DNA of 64,000 bases from Planctomycetota bacterium (GCA_014238855.1 JABAAH010000009.1:8292-72291), one strand, 5' to 3'; shown: positions 20,437-30,659, counted from the first letter of the stretch. Made by a program: numbers and translations. The notes: generated by a model from the sequence alone, not told the origin.

Positions 20437-20467
20437 TTTCTTGAAGAAATCAGAAATCCAGTATTTC
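20437..20467. promoter_or_regulatory. two adjacent inverted repeats in a divergent promoter region (possible operator)
   Basis: TTTCTTgAAGAAA (20437-20449) followed by GAAATccagtATTTC (20453-20467), about 150-180 nt upstream of the aminotransferase start. Sequence observation only. Confidence 0.2.
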
Positions 20468-20618
20468 TACATTATGACAGACATGTGCGACGTCTTGGAA
20501 CCAAGAGAAGATTGTATGTATGGGCATTTTCGGAGGATAGAAGGAACAAAATGCCGATAGAGTTCGTATATAAAGGTTTGGTGCCATAGTCTGTAGCTGT
20601 TTTGGAAAGTTATCAAAA

Positions 20619-21989
20619 ATGTCGGTTATCAATCTAAAAACGGAAATACCTGGGCCTCGTTCGCGAGAGCTTTCGGAAGTAAGGCACGAACATGTTTCCC
20701 CAGGGCCGTTTCACACAACTCCTATGATAGCTGCTCATGCTGAGGGGTCTGTGGTAACCGATGTTGACGGAAACACCTTCTTGGATTTTTCAAGTGGTAT
20801 TGGTGTGACAAACCTTGGTCATCGTGACCCAGCCGTCATGCGAGCAGTTGCAGAACAAGCTGAAAAATTTGTTCATACAAGTATTAATGTTGTTGCTTAC
20901 GAAGGATATATTCGATTAGCAGAACGGCTAAATGCACTCTTGCCGGAAGCTTCTCCCTGCAAAACATTTCTTGCAAATTCCGGAGCGGAAGCCGTTGAAA
21001 ATGCAATAAAGTTTGCACGTGTGAAAACAGGTCGGCAGGCAGTTATTGCTTTTGAGCACGGCTATCACGGCCGCACATATATGGCAATGGCACTCACGGC
21101 CAAAGCGCATCCCTATAAGAGTGGTTTTGCTCCTTTTCCAGCGGAGGTTTATCGGGCGCCCTATCCCGATTTTTATCGATGGCCTGGTGTGCAGGGAGAC
21201 CCTGGAGGATGTCCTCATGTGACGGAGTGTTCACTTGAGCGATGTTTTTGTCGGGAAGTATTTAATTCATTTGCTGAGATAGCACGCGGCCAAATTGGTG
21301 AACAAAATGTTGCAGCAGTTATTATCGAGCCTGTTGCTGGCGAAGGTGGATTTGTGCCGGCACCATCACCGTTTTTGAAAATGCTTCGCCAATGGTGTGA
21401 TGAGCACGGTGTCGTGCTAATTTTTGATGAAGTTCAAACTGGTTTTGGGCGTACAGGTAGTCTTCTTGCTTGCCATCAATTAGATGTCACCCCCGATCTT
21501 GTTGTGATGGCAAAAGGTTTAGCAAATGGCTTGCCTCTTTCAGCAGTGACGGGTCGAGCTGAAATTATCGATGCAGTTGGTCTTGGTGGAGTTGGTGGCA
21601 CGTACTGTGGGAATGCATTAGCATGTGCGGCCGCACTTGCAGTACTTGATCGATTTGAAGACCCGGCTGTTCTTTCACATGCTCGGAATATTGGAGAGAT
21701 TCTTCGTCACAGGCTTGAAATTTTTACTGAGCGTTTTCAATGTATCGGTCAAGCTCGAGGTCTCGGCCCAATGCGCGCCATTGAGCTTGTTTCTGACCCC
21801 GTTACAAAACAGCCCGATAAGGCTGCAGCCCAAGCAGTGGTTCGTTATGCATACGAACACGGTGTTATTCTCATGGCCTGCGGTACGCATGGAAATGTTC
21901 TTCGTTTTCTTGTGCCACTGACAATACAAGAGGAAGAACTTGATGAAGGACTTGCTGTGATTGAGAAGGCGTTAGCAAGTCTGAAGTAA
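20619..21989 (+). CDS. gabT: class III PLP aminotransferase, 4-aminobutyrate aminotransferase-like
   Basis: Collinear by eye with GabT: SGAEAVENAIKFAR, YHGRT, IIEPVAGEGGF, DEVQTGFGRTG, PLP-Lys region VVMAKGLANGLPLS, GGTYCGN, NVLRFLVPLTI. Confidence 0.75.
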   Translation: MSVINLKTEIPGPRSRELSEVRHEHVSPGPFHTTPMIAAHAEGSVVTDVDGNTFLDFSSGIGVTNLGHRDPAVMRAVAEQAEKFVHTSINVVAYEGYIRLAERLNALLPEASPCKTFLANSGAEAVENAIKFARVKTGRQAVIAFEHGYHGRTYMAMALTAKAHPYKSGFAPFPAEVYRAPYPDFYRWPGVQGDPGGCPHVTECSLERCFCREVFNSFAEIARGQIGEQNVAAVIIEPVAGEGGFVPAPSPFLKMLRQWCDEHGVVLIFDEVQTGFGRTGSLLACHQLDVTPDLVVMAKGLANGLPLSAVTGRAEIIDAVGLGGVGGTYCGNALACAAALAVLDRFEDPAVLSHARNIGEILRHRLEIFTERFQCIGQARGLGPMRAIELVSDPVTKQPDKAAAQAVVRYAYEHGVILMACGTHGNVLRFLVPLTIQEEELDEGLAVIEKALASLK

Positions 21990-22244
21990 CGTGTCACAAA
22001 ACAGTATTCATGAAAGAATCCAAGCCCATGCTACGGGGCTATGCGAGATGATTCTGGACAAAAAGTCTGCCAATGAATTGTGGTTGTCCGTGAATGCTTA
22101 ATGCTCTTGTCTGGTTAAGTGAAAAAGGGCATGTGAAAAAGTTTTTTCTAAGCCGTCATGGTAGGTTCAGAAAACTGGTAGTCTTCTTACTCTCAGCGGG
22201 GAATTCAGTTTGAGCCTGGAAGGGCGTTTTGTTGGGAGGGCATT

Positions 22245-23717
22245 TTGTTGAAATTGATAGGGACACTCTTTGTCCTTCTTTTTTTGGTATGTGATGCTGT
22301 CGTTGCTGCAGGAACGGTACGAAGTTCGAAGCCAAATGTCTTGTTCATAGCTGTTGATGACCTCGCATGCACGCTTGGATGCTATGGTGATCAAGTTGCA
22401 AAAACACCAAATATCGATCGACTCGCCGCACGGGGCGTATGTTTTCATCGGGCATACAATCAATTGCCTCTTTGCAATCCAACGCGGGCTTCTCTTCTAA
22501 CGGGCCTGCGACCAGATCAGATAAAGGTATATGATCTAGATAGACACTTTCGGGAAGAATTACCAGATGTTGTGACTCTTCCGCAGGCATTTCAGCATGC
22601 GGGATATTACGTGGCCCGGGTCGGCAAGATATATCACTATAATGTTCCAGCTTCAATAGGAACCAATGGCCTTGATGATCCACCGTCGTGGATGCACGTA
22701 GGCAATCCCAAAGGACGAGACACCGCTGAAGAGCACCTTGTTTTCAATGCAGAGCCGAACAAAAAAATTTCTGCGGCACTCAGTTGGCTTGCAGCAGAAG
22801 GAAGTGACGAAGAACAGACAGACGGCATGATCGCCACAGAAGCCATTCAACTGATGGCATCAAATGCAGATAACCCTTTTTTTCTTGCGGTTGGGTTTTT
22901 TCGTCCACACACACCGTACATAGCCCCAAAGAAATATTTTGACCTTTATTCAACGGGGAATTTGCAGCTGCCATATGCTCCACAGGACGATCGTGAAGAT
23001 ATACCAATCGCAGCTTTTGCCCACAATTGTCCGAACCCAGATTATGGACTCGAAAAAGATGTTTTGATTCAGGCCACTCAAGCTTATTACGCCTGTGTTT
23101 CTTTTGTTGATGCACAGGTTGGGCGTTTGCTTGATGCACTCGACCAATTAGAGCTGGCTGAGAATACAGTCGTTGTTCTGTGGAGTGACCATGGATACCA
23201 TCTTGGAGATCATCTTGGAATTTGGCAGAAGCGTACTCTTTTTGAGCAGGCAGCACGGGCACCGTTAATTATTCGTGCTCCGGGCAAAGCTGGAAATGGT
23301 CAGGTTTGTCGACGAGTGGTTGAGTTCATTGACGTCTACCCATCGCTCACCTCTCTTGCAAATATACAGGCACCAAGCGGCTTGCCCGGCCGGGACCTGA
23401 GTTCACTTCTAGTTGATCCACGTACGCAATGGAACGGTTACGCAGTGACGCAAGTCCTGCGTCCTGCCGATGGGCGTCTGCCACAACCGGTTATGGGCTG
23501 TAGTATTCGTGATCATCGTTGGCGATATACGGAGTGGGCAGAGGGAGAAGCCGGTGTTGAGCTCTACGATCATCATGCCGATCCAATGGAGTTTCATAAT
23601 CTAGCAGTTGGTCCAGATTCAGGAAATTCTGATGTAATAGAACGACTCCGCACACAATTGTATAAACGTGCGTCTGGGAAAGTTCCCTCAACCCCATTCC
23701 AATCGAAAAGACTGTGA
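22245..23717 (+). CDS. S1 sulfatase, iduronate-2-sulfatase-like
   Basis: TTG start (no ATG available), signal peptide, NVLFIAVDD, Cys-type active site [25 protein letters not shown]. Confidence 0.88.
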   Translation: MLKLIGTLFVLLFLVCDAVVAAGTVRSSKPNVLFIAVDDLACTLGCYGDQVAKTPNIDRLAARGVCFHRAYNQLPLCNPTRASLLTGLRPDQIKVYDLDRHFREELPDVVTLPQAFQHAGYYVARVGKIYHYNVPASIGTNGLDDPPSWMHVGNPKGRDTAEEHLVFNAEPNKKISAALSWLAAEGSDEEQTDGMIATEAIQLMASNADNPFFLAVGFFRPHTPYIAPKKYFDLYSTGNLQLPYAPQDDREDIPIAAFAHNCPNPDYGLEKDVLIQATQAYYACVSFVDAQVGRLLDALDQLELAENTVVVLWSDHGYHLGDHLGIWQKRTLFEQAARAPLIIRAPGKAGNGQVCRRVVEFIDVYPSLTSLANIQAPSGLPGRDLSSLLVDPRTQWNGYAVTQVLRPADGRLPQPVMGCSIRDHRWRYTEWAEGEAGVELYDHHADPMEFHNLAVGPDSGNSDVIERLRTQLYKRASGKVPSTPFQSKRL

Positions 23718-23813
23718 TGGTAGTCTCAACAAGACAACTTAGGTTGCTTACTATGGGGTCACCAAAAAGACATAATAAATCGATGGAAAGTGTTCAGTCG
23801 AAAAGGAGTGGCC

Positions 23814-25280
23814 ATGAGATTTTTGATTCTTATTCTATTGCTAGCAAGTTGTGAAAAATTAAGGGCCGCAGAGCCAGCAAATATTCTGTTAATTGTTACT
23901 GATGAGCATAATTTTCGAACACTTGGTTGCTATCGAGATTATTTGTCAAAAGAGCAAGCAGAAATGTGGGGGCCGGGGGTGATTGTTGAAACACCACATA
24001 TCGATCGTCTTGCAAAAGAGGGAGTTATTTGTACTCGGGCGTATGCTACTGCACCGGTCTGTTCACCGTGTCGGGCAGCAATGATTACGGGGCTCTACCC
24101 ACAAAATACAGGCGTGCCGACGAATAACTACAAGCTTCGAACAGATATCCCAACCCTCGCCTCAGTGCTCAATCAATCTGGATATCGCACAGGCTTCATT
24201 GGGAAATGGCACCTCGGTGGTGAGGGGAAGCCGGAATGGTCTCCTGAGATTGACGGAGGTTTCAGTCACAAAAAATATATGTTCAACAGAGGACATTGGA
24301 AAAAGTTTGCATTGACGAACTCAGGAGCAGATGTTGCTGCTCGAGGTAAAGACGGTGAGCCTTCCTACAGTCTAGATAATGCAGATGAGAAAAGTTTTTC
24401 GACAGACTTTCTTACGGATCGCTGTATTGATTTTGTTGGACGAAAAGAGTCTGAGCCATTTCTAGCAGTGGTAAGCTATCCAGATCCCCATGGTCCAAAT
24501 ACGGTGCGTGCCCCATACAACACGATGTTTGATCATCTTCGTTTTCTGCCACCGCGAACGTATGGTCTTGAGGATGTGATTGGGCCGAAGTGGTTGGGTG
24601 GTGAAAAAGGTCACACAACGTTTAAAGCTGATCAAATGAGGCAATATTTTGGCATGGTGAAATGCCTTGATGACAACATTGGACGTTTACTTCATGCTTT
24701 GGAAGCAAATGGCAAGCTTGATTCAACAATTATTATGATGACATCGGATCACGGAGATCTTTGTTATGAGCACGATCGGCTCAATAAAGGTAATCCGTAT
24801 GAAGGGTCAGCGAGAGTGCCCATGCTCATACGACTCCCGAAGAAGATTCCTGCCGGTTCAGTCTATAGGCAGCCTTTCGGTACTGTGGATATTACACCAA
24901 CACTTCTTCATTTGGCTAGTAATGAATATTCAGTAGACACGTTTCAAGGAAGAGACTTGTCAGTCGCGATTTGTGATGAAGTTCCGGCGGCGACTTCTAA
25001 GCATACATTTCTTCGTAATGCTGGAACCAAGGCGAGTTGGATTTGTGTAGTCGATCCACGATATAAGCTCATACTTTCGGTAAATGACAGGCCATGGCTT
25101 TTCGATAACCAGCAGGATCCTGATGAGTTACACAATTTCTTTGGGCGCCCGGGAACCGAAACAGTGACACGTATGCTAGCTGAATCTCTCAAGGGTTATT
25201 CGGTTGCAAACGATGATGCGTTTGCGACACAGCCAACGATTGCAAAGTCACTGAATCTTTGCCTGCAGGTGGGCTTGTAG
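23814..25280 (+). CDS. S1 sulfatase (arylsulfatase-like)
   Basis: ATG at 23814 preceded by AAGGAG. Signal peptide, NILLIVTDE, active site CSPCRAAMITGLYP, TSDHGD. Confidence 0.88.
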   Translation: MRFLILILLLASCEKLRAAEPANILLIVTDEHNFRTLGCYRDYLSKEQAEMWGPGVIVETPHIDRLAKEGVICTRAYATAPVCSPCRAAMITGLYPQNTGVPTNNYKLRTDIPTLASVLNQSGYRTGFIGKWHLGGEGKPEWSPEIDGGFSHKKYMFNRGHWKKFALTNSGADVAARGKDGEPSYSLDNADEKSFSTDFLTDRCIDFVGRKESEPFLAVVSYPDPHGPNTVRAPYNTMFDHLRFLPPRTYGLEDVIGPKWLGGEKGHTTFKADQMRQYFGMVKCLDDNIGRLLHALEANGKLDSTIIMMTSDHGDLCYEHDRLNKGNPYEGSARVPMLIRLPKKIPAGSVYRQPFGTVDITPTLLHLASNEYSVDTFQGRDLSVAICDEVPAATSKHTFLRNAGTKASWICVVDPRYKLILSVNDRPWLFDNQQDPDELHNFFGRPGTETVTRMLAESLKGYSVANDDAFATQPTIAKSLNLCLQVGL

Positions 25281-25389
25281 GCGTTGTGGCGAGACATCAC
25301 ATGTATGACTTGAGTGTGTCCAGAATAGCTTGACGTAGTTTGGTAAAAACCACGAAACGTGTGTCATTTCTTAAACGTGGAGAAGTTCG

Positions 25390-26802
25390 ATGTATCGCTG
25401 TGTTTTATTGCTGGCGAGTTTCTTTTCGGTAGTGCTTCTGAGTGATCGTCCAGGTTACGGTGCGGATCAGCCAAATGTGGTGATGATCAGCATTGATGAT
25501 CTGAATGACTGGACAGGATTCTTAGGAGGGCATCCAGATGTCTCGACTCCAAACATGGATTCACTTGCATCGCGAGCAAGAAACTTTACGAATGCGCACT
25601 GTGCGGTACCCGTGTGTTCTCCATCACGCATTAGTGTGATGTCGGGAACTGCTCCAACGACGCATGGCAGTTACGAGATTGGTCCGAGGTATGAGGAGTT
25701 ATCAGCCCTCCATGACGTGCCGACAATACAACGGTATTTTAAAGATCATGGGTATTACACGCTGGCCGGTGGCAAAGTACTTCATCATGGATTTACTGGC
25801 AGACTCTCCGGGGCAATCGATCAATCGCTCGGGAGAAAAAAAAGCCCACGTCCTCGAAAGGCAATGAATCGACCTTCAAGCTGGAGCGGTGCTTGGGATT
25901 GGGGTGAGTACCCGGAAGAGAATGCACAAATGGCTGATCACCAGTTGGCTCTTGATTCAGTACAAATTCTTCAGAGTGATTTGAAGAAGCCATTCTTCCT
26001 TTCAGTTGGTTTTTATCGGCCACATGTACCTCTTTTTGTACCACCGTGCTGGTTTCAAAAGTATGATATCGAGTCGATTCATCTGCCGAATATTCCTCGT
26101 TGGGATCTTGATGATGTACCAAAAAACTTTTTGAATATTAATAGTTACGCAGTTGCTCCAACGCATGCTGAAGTTCTGGAGTATGGAAAACAGAGAGAGT
26201 TAACGCAGGCCTATCTCGCCTCTATCAGTTTTGTTGATGCGTGCGTTGGTCTTGTGGTTGACGCGTTGCAGGCAAGCCAATATGCAAAGAACACGTATGT
26301 TGTTTTATGGAGTGATCATGGCTTTCACCTCGGTGAAAAAAACCATTGGGCAAAGCGAACGCTCTGGGAAGAGTCGACTCGTGTGCCACTGCTTATAAGT
26401 GGACCTGAAATTTTCCCTGATGTGCCATGTGAACAGTCAGTGAGCCTGATTGACATCTATCCAACGCTTGTCGATTTATGTGGTCTTTCAAGAAATGAAA
26501 ATCTTGAAGGACTTTCTCTAGTCCCCCAACTCGAGGACCCAAGGACTGTGAGAGAGAAACCGGCGATCACGTCCTCATATTTTGGAAATCATGCCATTCG
26601 AAGTCGAGATTGGCGACTCATTGTCTACGAGAATGGCGAGGAGGAGTTGTACGATCACCGTAATGATCCTGATGAATTCCAGAATCTTGCCGATGACCTT
26701 CAGCACGAAACGATAAAAAATAAATTACGCAGTTGGTTGCCAGAGCAGGTAGCACCAGAATTTAAAGAGAAATCTGAAAGAAATAGATTATTAGACAGAT
26801 AG
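25390..26802 (+). CDS. S1 sulfatase
   Basis: Signal peptide, NVVMISIDD, active site CSPSRISVMSG, WSDHGFHLGEK. Confidence 0.88.
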   Translation: MYRCVLLLASFFSVVLLSDRPGYGADQPNVVMISIDDLNDWTGFLGGHPDVSTPNMDSLASRARNFTNAHCAVPVCSPSRISVMSGTAPTTHGSYEIGPRYEELSALHDVPTIQRYFKDHGYYTLAGGKVLHHGFTGRLSGAIDQSLGRKKSPRPRKAMNRPSSWSGAWDWGEYPEENAQMADHQLALDSVQILQSDLKKPFFLSVGFYRPHVPLFVPPCWFQKYDIESIHLPNIPRWDLDDVPKNFLNINSYAVAPTHAEVLEYGKQRELTQAYLASISFVDACVGLVVDALQASQYAKNTYVVLWSDHGFHLGEKNHWAKRTLWEESTRVPLLISGPEIFPDVPCEQSVSLIDIYPTLVDLCGLSRNENLEGLSLVPQLEDPRTVREKPAITSSYFGNHAIRSRDWRLIVYENGEEELYDHRNDPDEFQNLADDLQHETIKNKLRSWLPEQVAPEFKEKSERNRLLDR

Positions 26803-26871
26803 CATCTCTGTTTCAGTAGTTTGAAGTATCTGAGACATGCGGCACATCGGCTCGTGGTCAAGGAGTGAGCT

Positions 26872-26905
26872 ACGTTTGAAGTGGTACGACGTTTGAAGTG
26901 GCACG
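26872..26905. repeat. 17-bp tandem duplication (2 copies, 1 mismatch) in a convergent intergenic spacer
   Basis: ACGTTTGAAGTGGTACG / ACGTTTGAAGTGGCACG back to back. A third partial GTTTGAAGT lies at 26818-26826. Confidence 0.9.
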
Positions 26906-26913
26906 ATGAACTG

Positions 26914-28806
26914 CTATGCATAGGGGAAAAGTTCTGGGTCAAGCTGTTTCAGGAGATTTCTCAATTGAGGCAGCGCTTCACGAGTTGCAACAACACCTTG
27001 TTGCGCAATTGCAGAAGCATTCCGGAAGTCGGTCAGTTGAAATGCTGAGACATCGGGTTCGATTGTAAAATCTGCATCTTGAGTACCCATTTTTCGAATA
27101 TTTCTATCTTGCGCGGCTCGAACTCGTCCTAATGTTTGAAACATGTTTGGTGTCTTCATCTGATCAGTAGGAGTTGTCGGATTATTTCCGGCAAACATGT
27201 GTCCGATTTTAGCAGCCACATCGACAGCAATAATGAATGTTGCTCCTTGATTCACTAACACGTCAGCTGGAACATTGTTGAGTATTCCACCGTCAACAAG
27301 CACCCTCCCATTTTGACAGATCGGCGGTGAAACTCCAGGAAGATTGATACTCTCAAGAATTGCATGTGCGGCATCTCCACTAGATCGGTGCACTTGTTCT
27401 GCTGCCACAAGGTCAGCAGTGACGGATGTAAATGGAATAGGAAGTTGCTCTAGAGTCCAATTGAAAAGATGTGTGCGAAGCATCTCATCCCAACCGCCCC
27501 CGCGGAATTTTCCAATCATATACCAGGCATCACCATAGGGTAGAAACTTATACCGTTTACTTGGTTTTAAGTCTTGAGAAAATGTTTCGATAAGCCATGT
27601 ACTGTCGTATCCTGCGGCGTATGGAATGCCGGTAAGGGCGCCAGCGCTGGTGCCAGAAAGAAAATCTATGGGAATGCCCTCTTCGTCCACCACGCTGAGA
27701 ACTCCAAGATGGGCCATGCCTCGCGCCGCCCCTCCCCCAAGTGCAAACCCAATGGAAGAACCACGGAGACTGCGAATAATGCGTTCAATACCGCTGTTGC
27801 GCGTGGTATGACGAGATTGGCCAAATCCATCCCAGTGAATTTTAAAATCACCACGGCAGATTGAGTGCATGTTTTTCAGAGGGTCAGCAACCTGCTGTGT
27901 ACCCCGTAGAATTCGCACGAGAGATATTTTTTTTCGAGCAGCTGGATGACATTCAGAAAGCTCAGAAAGAAGGCTCTCTGTTTTTTGAGAAGTATTTGAA
28001 TCGAAGCAACACAAGATAGTATCTGAATCTTGAAGAACTTCATTGAGGTATTCGATGTTTTTATCGAGTCGAATATCAAGAATACATCGTTCAATAGTTG
28101 CCCAGCTAGATGCCTCTGAACGAACTTCATTTGGATTACGTAGATTGCCGTGCTGGTCAAGAAGGCTCATTGAGCGTTTCGCAGTGACTCGTGTATCCTC
28201 ACGATCAGAAATAACAGCAACATCTTCACCGAGAGATTGTAGGCGACGAATCAGTGTCGTTGAGAGGTGGCGATATTCTTCAGATGCATGCAGGATGGCA
28301 ACAAGGCGTGGACGATGTCCAAGTCGTCTTGGCGTAAAGGCTTGATGAAGTCGCATTCCGAGAGCACCGAAAAGATTTCGATGCCATCGTGGTACCTGGT
28401 TGAGTAATTCAATGGCGTCTTGTCTCTTGATTGCTAACCCAGTTAGGTTCTGGGTCGTGTCGACATTAATAGGACTTTGATCCTCATGAAAAAGTCCGAG
28501 GAGACCGAATTGGTGGCTGCGACCAATGATCTGGACTGTATGAGGAACATCATCCACTCCTGGTATCCAAAGACGCGCCGCTCCACTAATGATGAGCAGG
28601 AGATCAATGAATGGATTCTCTTGGGAGTGAAGAGGTGTATCAGCTTCGAATGTGATAACCGATGCACGTGAGGCAATAAGGTCGAGCTCTTCGTCTGTGA
28701 GTCCATTCGTTGAACGGTGGAGCCTGAGTAGAGTTAATATGTTTGGCAAAGAAGCCATTCGTATCACCTGTTTTAGTCGCATCACCTTTTCTAGGAAATG
28801 TCCCAC
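26914..28806 (-). CDS. patatin-like phospholipase with N-terminal cyclic-nucleotide-binding-like domain (NTE/RssA family)
   Basis: Patatin motifs GGGAARG (oxyanion), GTSAG (GxSxG nucleophile), DGG (catalytic Asp). N-terminal beta-barrel cNMP-like region. Start uncertain: GTG at 28806, ATG at 28782 or 28758. Confidence 0.85.
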   Translation of the reverse strand: MGHFLEKVMRLKQVIRMASLPNILTLLRLHRSTNGLTDEELDLIASRASVITFEADTPLHSQENPFIDLLLIISGAARLWIPGVDDVPHTVQIIGRSHQFGLLGLFHEDQSPINVDTTQNLTGLAIKRQDAIELLNQVPRWHRNLFGALGMRLHQAFTPRRLGHRPRLVAILHASEEYRHLSTTLIRRLQSLGEDVAVISDREDTRVTAKRSMSLLDQHGNLRNPNEVRSEASSWATIERCILDIRLDKNIEYLNEVLQDSDTILCCFDSNTSQKTESLLSELSECHPAARKKISLVRILRGTQQVADPLKNMHSICRGDFKIHWDGFGQSRHTTRNSGIERIIRSLRGSSIGFALGGGAARGMAHLGVLSVVDEEGIPIDFLSGTSAGALTGIPYAAGYDSTWLIETFSQDLKPSKRYKFLPYGDAWYMIGKFRGGGWDEMLRTHLFNWTLEQLPIPFTSVTADLVAAEQVHRSSGDAAHAILESINLPGVSPPICQNGRVLVDGGILNNVPADVLVNQGATFIIAVDVAAKIGHMFAGNNPTTPTDQMKTPNMFQTLGRVRAAQDRNIRKMGTQDADFTIEPDVSAFQLTDFRNASAIAQQGVVATREALPQLRNLLKQLDPELFPYA

Positions 28807-28887
28807 GGCTAGTAAGATGCCTATTGAGACTCTATGTTTTGATATCGGCTCCTTGCTCGCTAAAGTCCACTGAACGAGGACAAATTA

Positions 28888-30300
28888 TCAACTACTGTTT
28901 TTCGTATGCTTCTTTCGAGTCCGCTTGGTAGGAGAGGTGTCTTCCCTGGGAAGAAATGCGGCCAGACGCTGCTTCGTCGCTGCCATTACCGGATCATGTG
29001 CAAGATTTGTATACTCGTATGGATCCTTTACATGATCGTACAGTTCTTCACTGCCGTCTGAGTAACGGATATAACGGAATTGTCTATCACGAAGAGCATG
29101 ATTACGGTAACCATGGGTAGTGAGTGCAACGCCATTCCAATCAGATCGCGGGTCTTCCAGAAGAGTCGTTATGCTGGCACCTTTGGCGTGGTTCGGTGTT
29201 GGCACGTGAACAAGCTCACAGAGCGTTGGATAAATACTCAAAAAATCAACGGGGTGATCACAGCGTTCTCCTCCTGTTGTGATACCGGGAGCAACCCAGA
29301 TCAAAGGTGATCGCGTAGCTTCTTCCCAGAGAGCGAATTTCCGCCAATGCTGTTTTTCTCCAAGATGCCATCCGTGATCACCCCATAGCACAACAATGGT
29401 ATTGTCTCGTTCGGGGCTTGTTTCATACGCATCAAGAAGACGGCCAATATTCATGTCAGTGTATGAAATCGTTGCAAGGTATGACTGGACTGCATTTTTC
29501 CATCGTCCAGATTGAAGAAACTTTGCATGATCTTTGTCAGGACCAGCCACCTTAATGCCTGCTGCCGGTATATCATCAAGATCATCTTTTTTATGTGGAG
29601 GCAATCGAATCGAATCGAGAGGGTAGTGTTCATAGTATTTCCTCGGAACCGCCCAAGGTAAGTGGGGCTTAATTAAGCCGCAGGCTAGAAAGAATGGTTT
29701 GTTTCTTTTTTCTTTGAGCTGCTCGATACAAAAGTCCACTGTGTGCCAGTCAGGTAGGTCTTCATCTTGTAAATCAATTTCAAGCGGCTCGTAGTAGCCT
29801 TCATATTTTCTTGGAGCCCTCCCAGCGCTTTTCCCTCGCCGTGTTGGTGGATACTGGTCCCATTCGGAGGCGTAAACGGTTTTGAGGCCACCTGCACTCG
29901 AGTGATAGGTTTTGCCCATCGCTGATGTGTAGTACCCATGTTTTTTTAAATGTGCATTGAGATTGAGACCCTCAGCGATATGGTTTTTCCAAGGGTCTGC
30001 GTTAAGGTAGCAGCCGGAAGAATGTGGTCGAATTCCTGACCATAGTGCCGCTCTTGACGGGCCACATGCAGGAGCAGCACAGTGTGCGTTAGTGAACGAG
30101 ACACCCATAGCAGCTAACCGGTCGATATTCGGTGTTTTGCACTGTGTGTTTCTGCCTGTATAGCCAACCCAATGATTGAGGTCATCAACTGCAATAAAGA
30201 GTATGTTTGGCTGTTTTGCTAGAAGATTTCCAAATCCAGTGCATGACAGCACGATAAAAAATACAAGAACGGTTGGTAAACGTATCGAGTTCAATTGCAT
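28888..30300 (-). CDS. S1 sulfatase
   Basis: Signal peptide, NILFIAVDD, active site CGPSRAALWSG, WGDHGWHLGEK. Confidence 0.88.
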   Translation of the reverse strand: MQLNSIRLPTVLVFFIVLSCTGFGNLLAKQPNILFIAVDDLNHWVGYTGRNTQCKTPNIDRLAAMGVSFTNAHCAAPACGPSRAALWSGIRPHSSGCYLNADPWKNHIAEGLNLNAHLKKHGYYTSAMGKTYHSSAGGLKTVYASEWDQYPPTRRGKSAGRAPRKYEGYYEPLEIDLQDEDLPDWHTVDFCIEQLKEKRNKPFFLACGLIKPHLPWAVPRKYYEHYPLDSIRLPPHKKDDLDDIPAAGIKVAGPDKDHAKFLQSGRWKNAVQSYLATISYTDMNIGRLLDAYETSPERDNTIVVLWGDHGWHLGEKQHWRKFALWEEATRSPLIWVAPGITTGGERCDHPVDFLSIYPTLCELVHVPTPNHAKGASITTLLEDPRSDWNGVALTTHGYRNHALRDRQFRYIRYSDGSEELYDHVKDPYEYTNLAHDPVMAATKQRLAAFLPREDTSPTKRTRKKHTKNSS

Positions 30301-30307
30301 GACAGTC

Positions 30308-30619
30308 CTATAAGCAGTTCAAAAAGTTTTTAGATGAGGAGGTGGTACTCCGTGTAGTGAAATATTTCAGCATACCTGTAATTCTGAAAATTATGACTAG
30401 CGAAAAAAGGAGCACAGCGCCATAAACCGCTTTCCAGTACGCATGACCACTTCCAGGTTCAAATGATGCAAGGAAACCAAAAAAAGAAAAAAGAGAAACG
30501 CCAAGACAAAGCCATACCCCCAAAATCTTTTTGATAACAGTGACTTTGAAGGCCATGAGCCACAGAAATAAAAAAAGAATGGTCAGGCAAAAGGCGGTGA
30601 TAATGAGTGAGGCAGCCAT
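30308..30619 (-). CDS. hypothetical small membrane protein (3 hydrophobic helices)
   Basis: 103-aa ORF ending 7 nt upstream of the sulfatase start. Strongly hydrophobic, no family recognised. Confidence 0.5.
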   Translation of the reverse strand: MAASLIITAFCLTILFLFLWLMAFKVTVIKKILGVWLCLGVSLFSFFGFLASFEPGSGHAYWKAVYGAVLLFSLVIIFRITGMLKYFTTRSTTSSSKNFLNCL

Positions 30620-30659
30620 TGAAAGGACTTCATTTCAACAAGGGCATATTGCGGTCGAT

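Noticed and set aside
22780-23262. 160-aa minus-strand ORF inside the first sulfatase (and similar ORFs at 22345-22683 and 25793-26122).
   Set aside because: They are fully nested antisense to sulfatase CDSs with clear active-site motifs, and they have no independent signal.
26899-26915. Sigma-54-like TGGCAC-N-...TGC element.
   Set aside because: The GG-to-GC spacing is off by one. It also points antisense into the 3' end of the patatin gene, and it is part of the tandem repeat.
9677-28806. A cAMP signalling system linking the CYTH cyclase-like gene to the cNMP-domain patatin.
   Set aside because: The genes are 17 kb apart with many unrelated genes between them. The patatin cNMP pocket looks degenerate, and CYTH activity is ambiguous.
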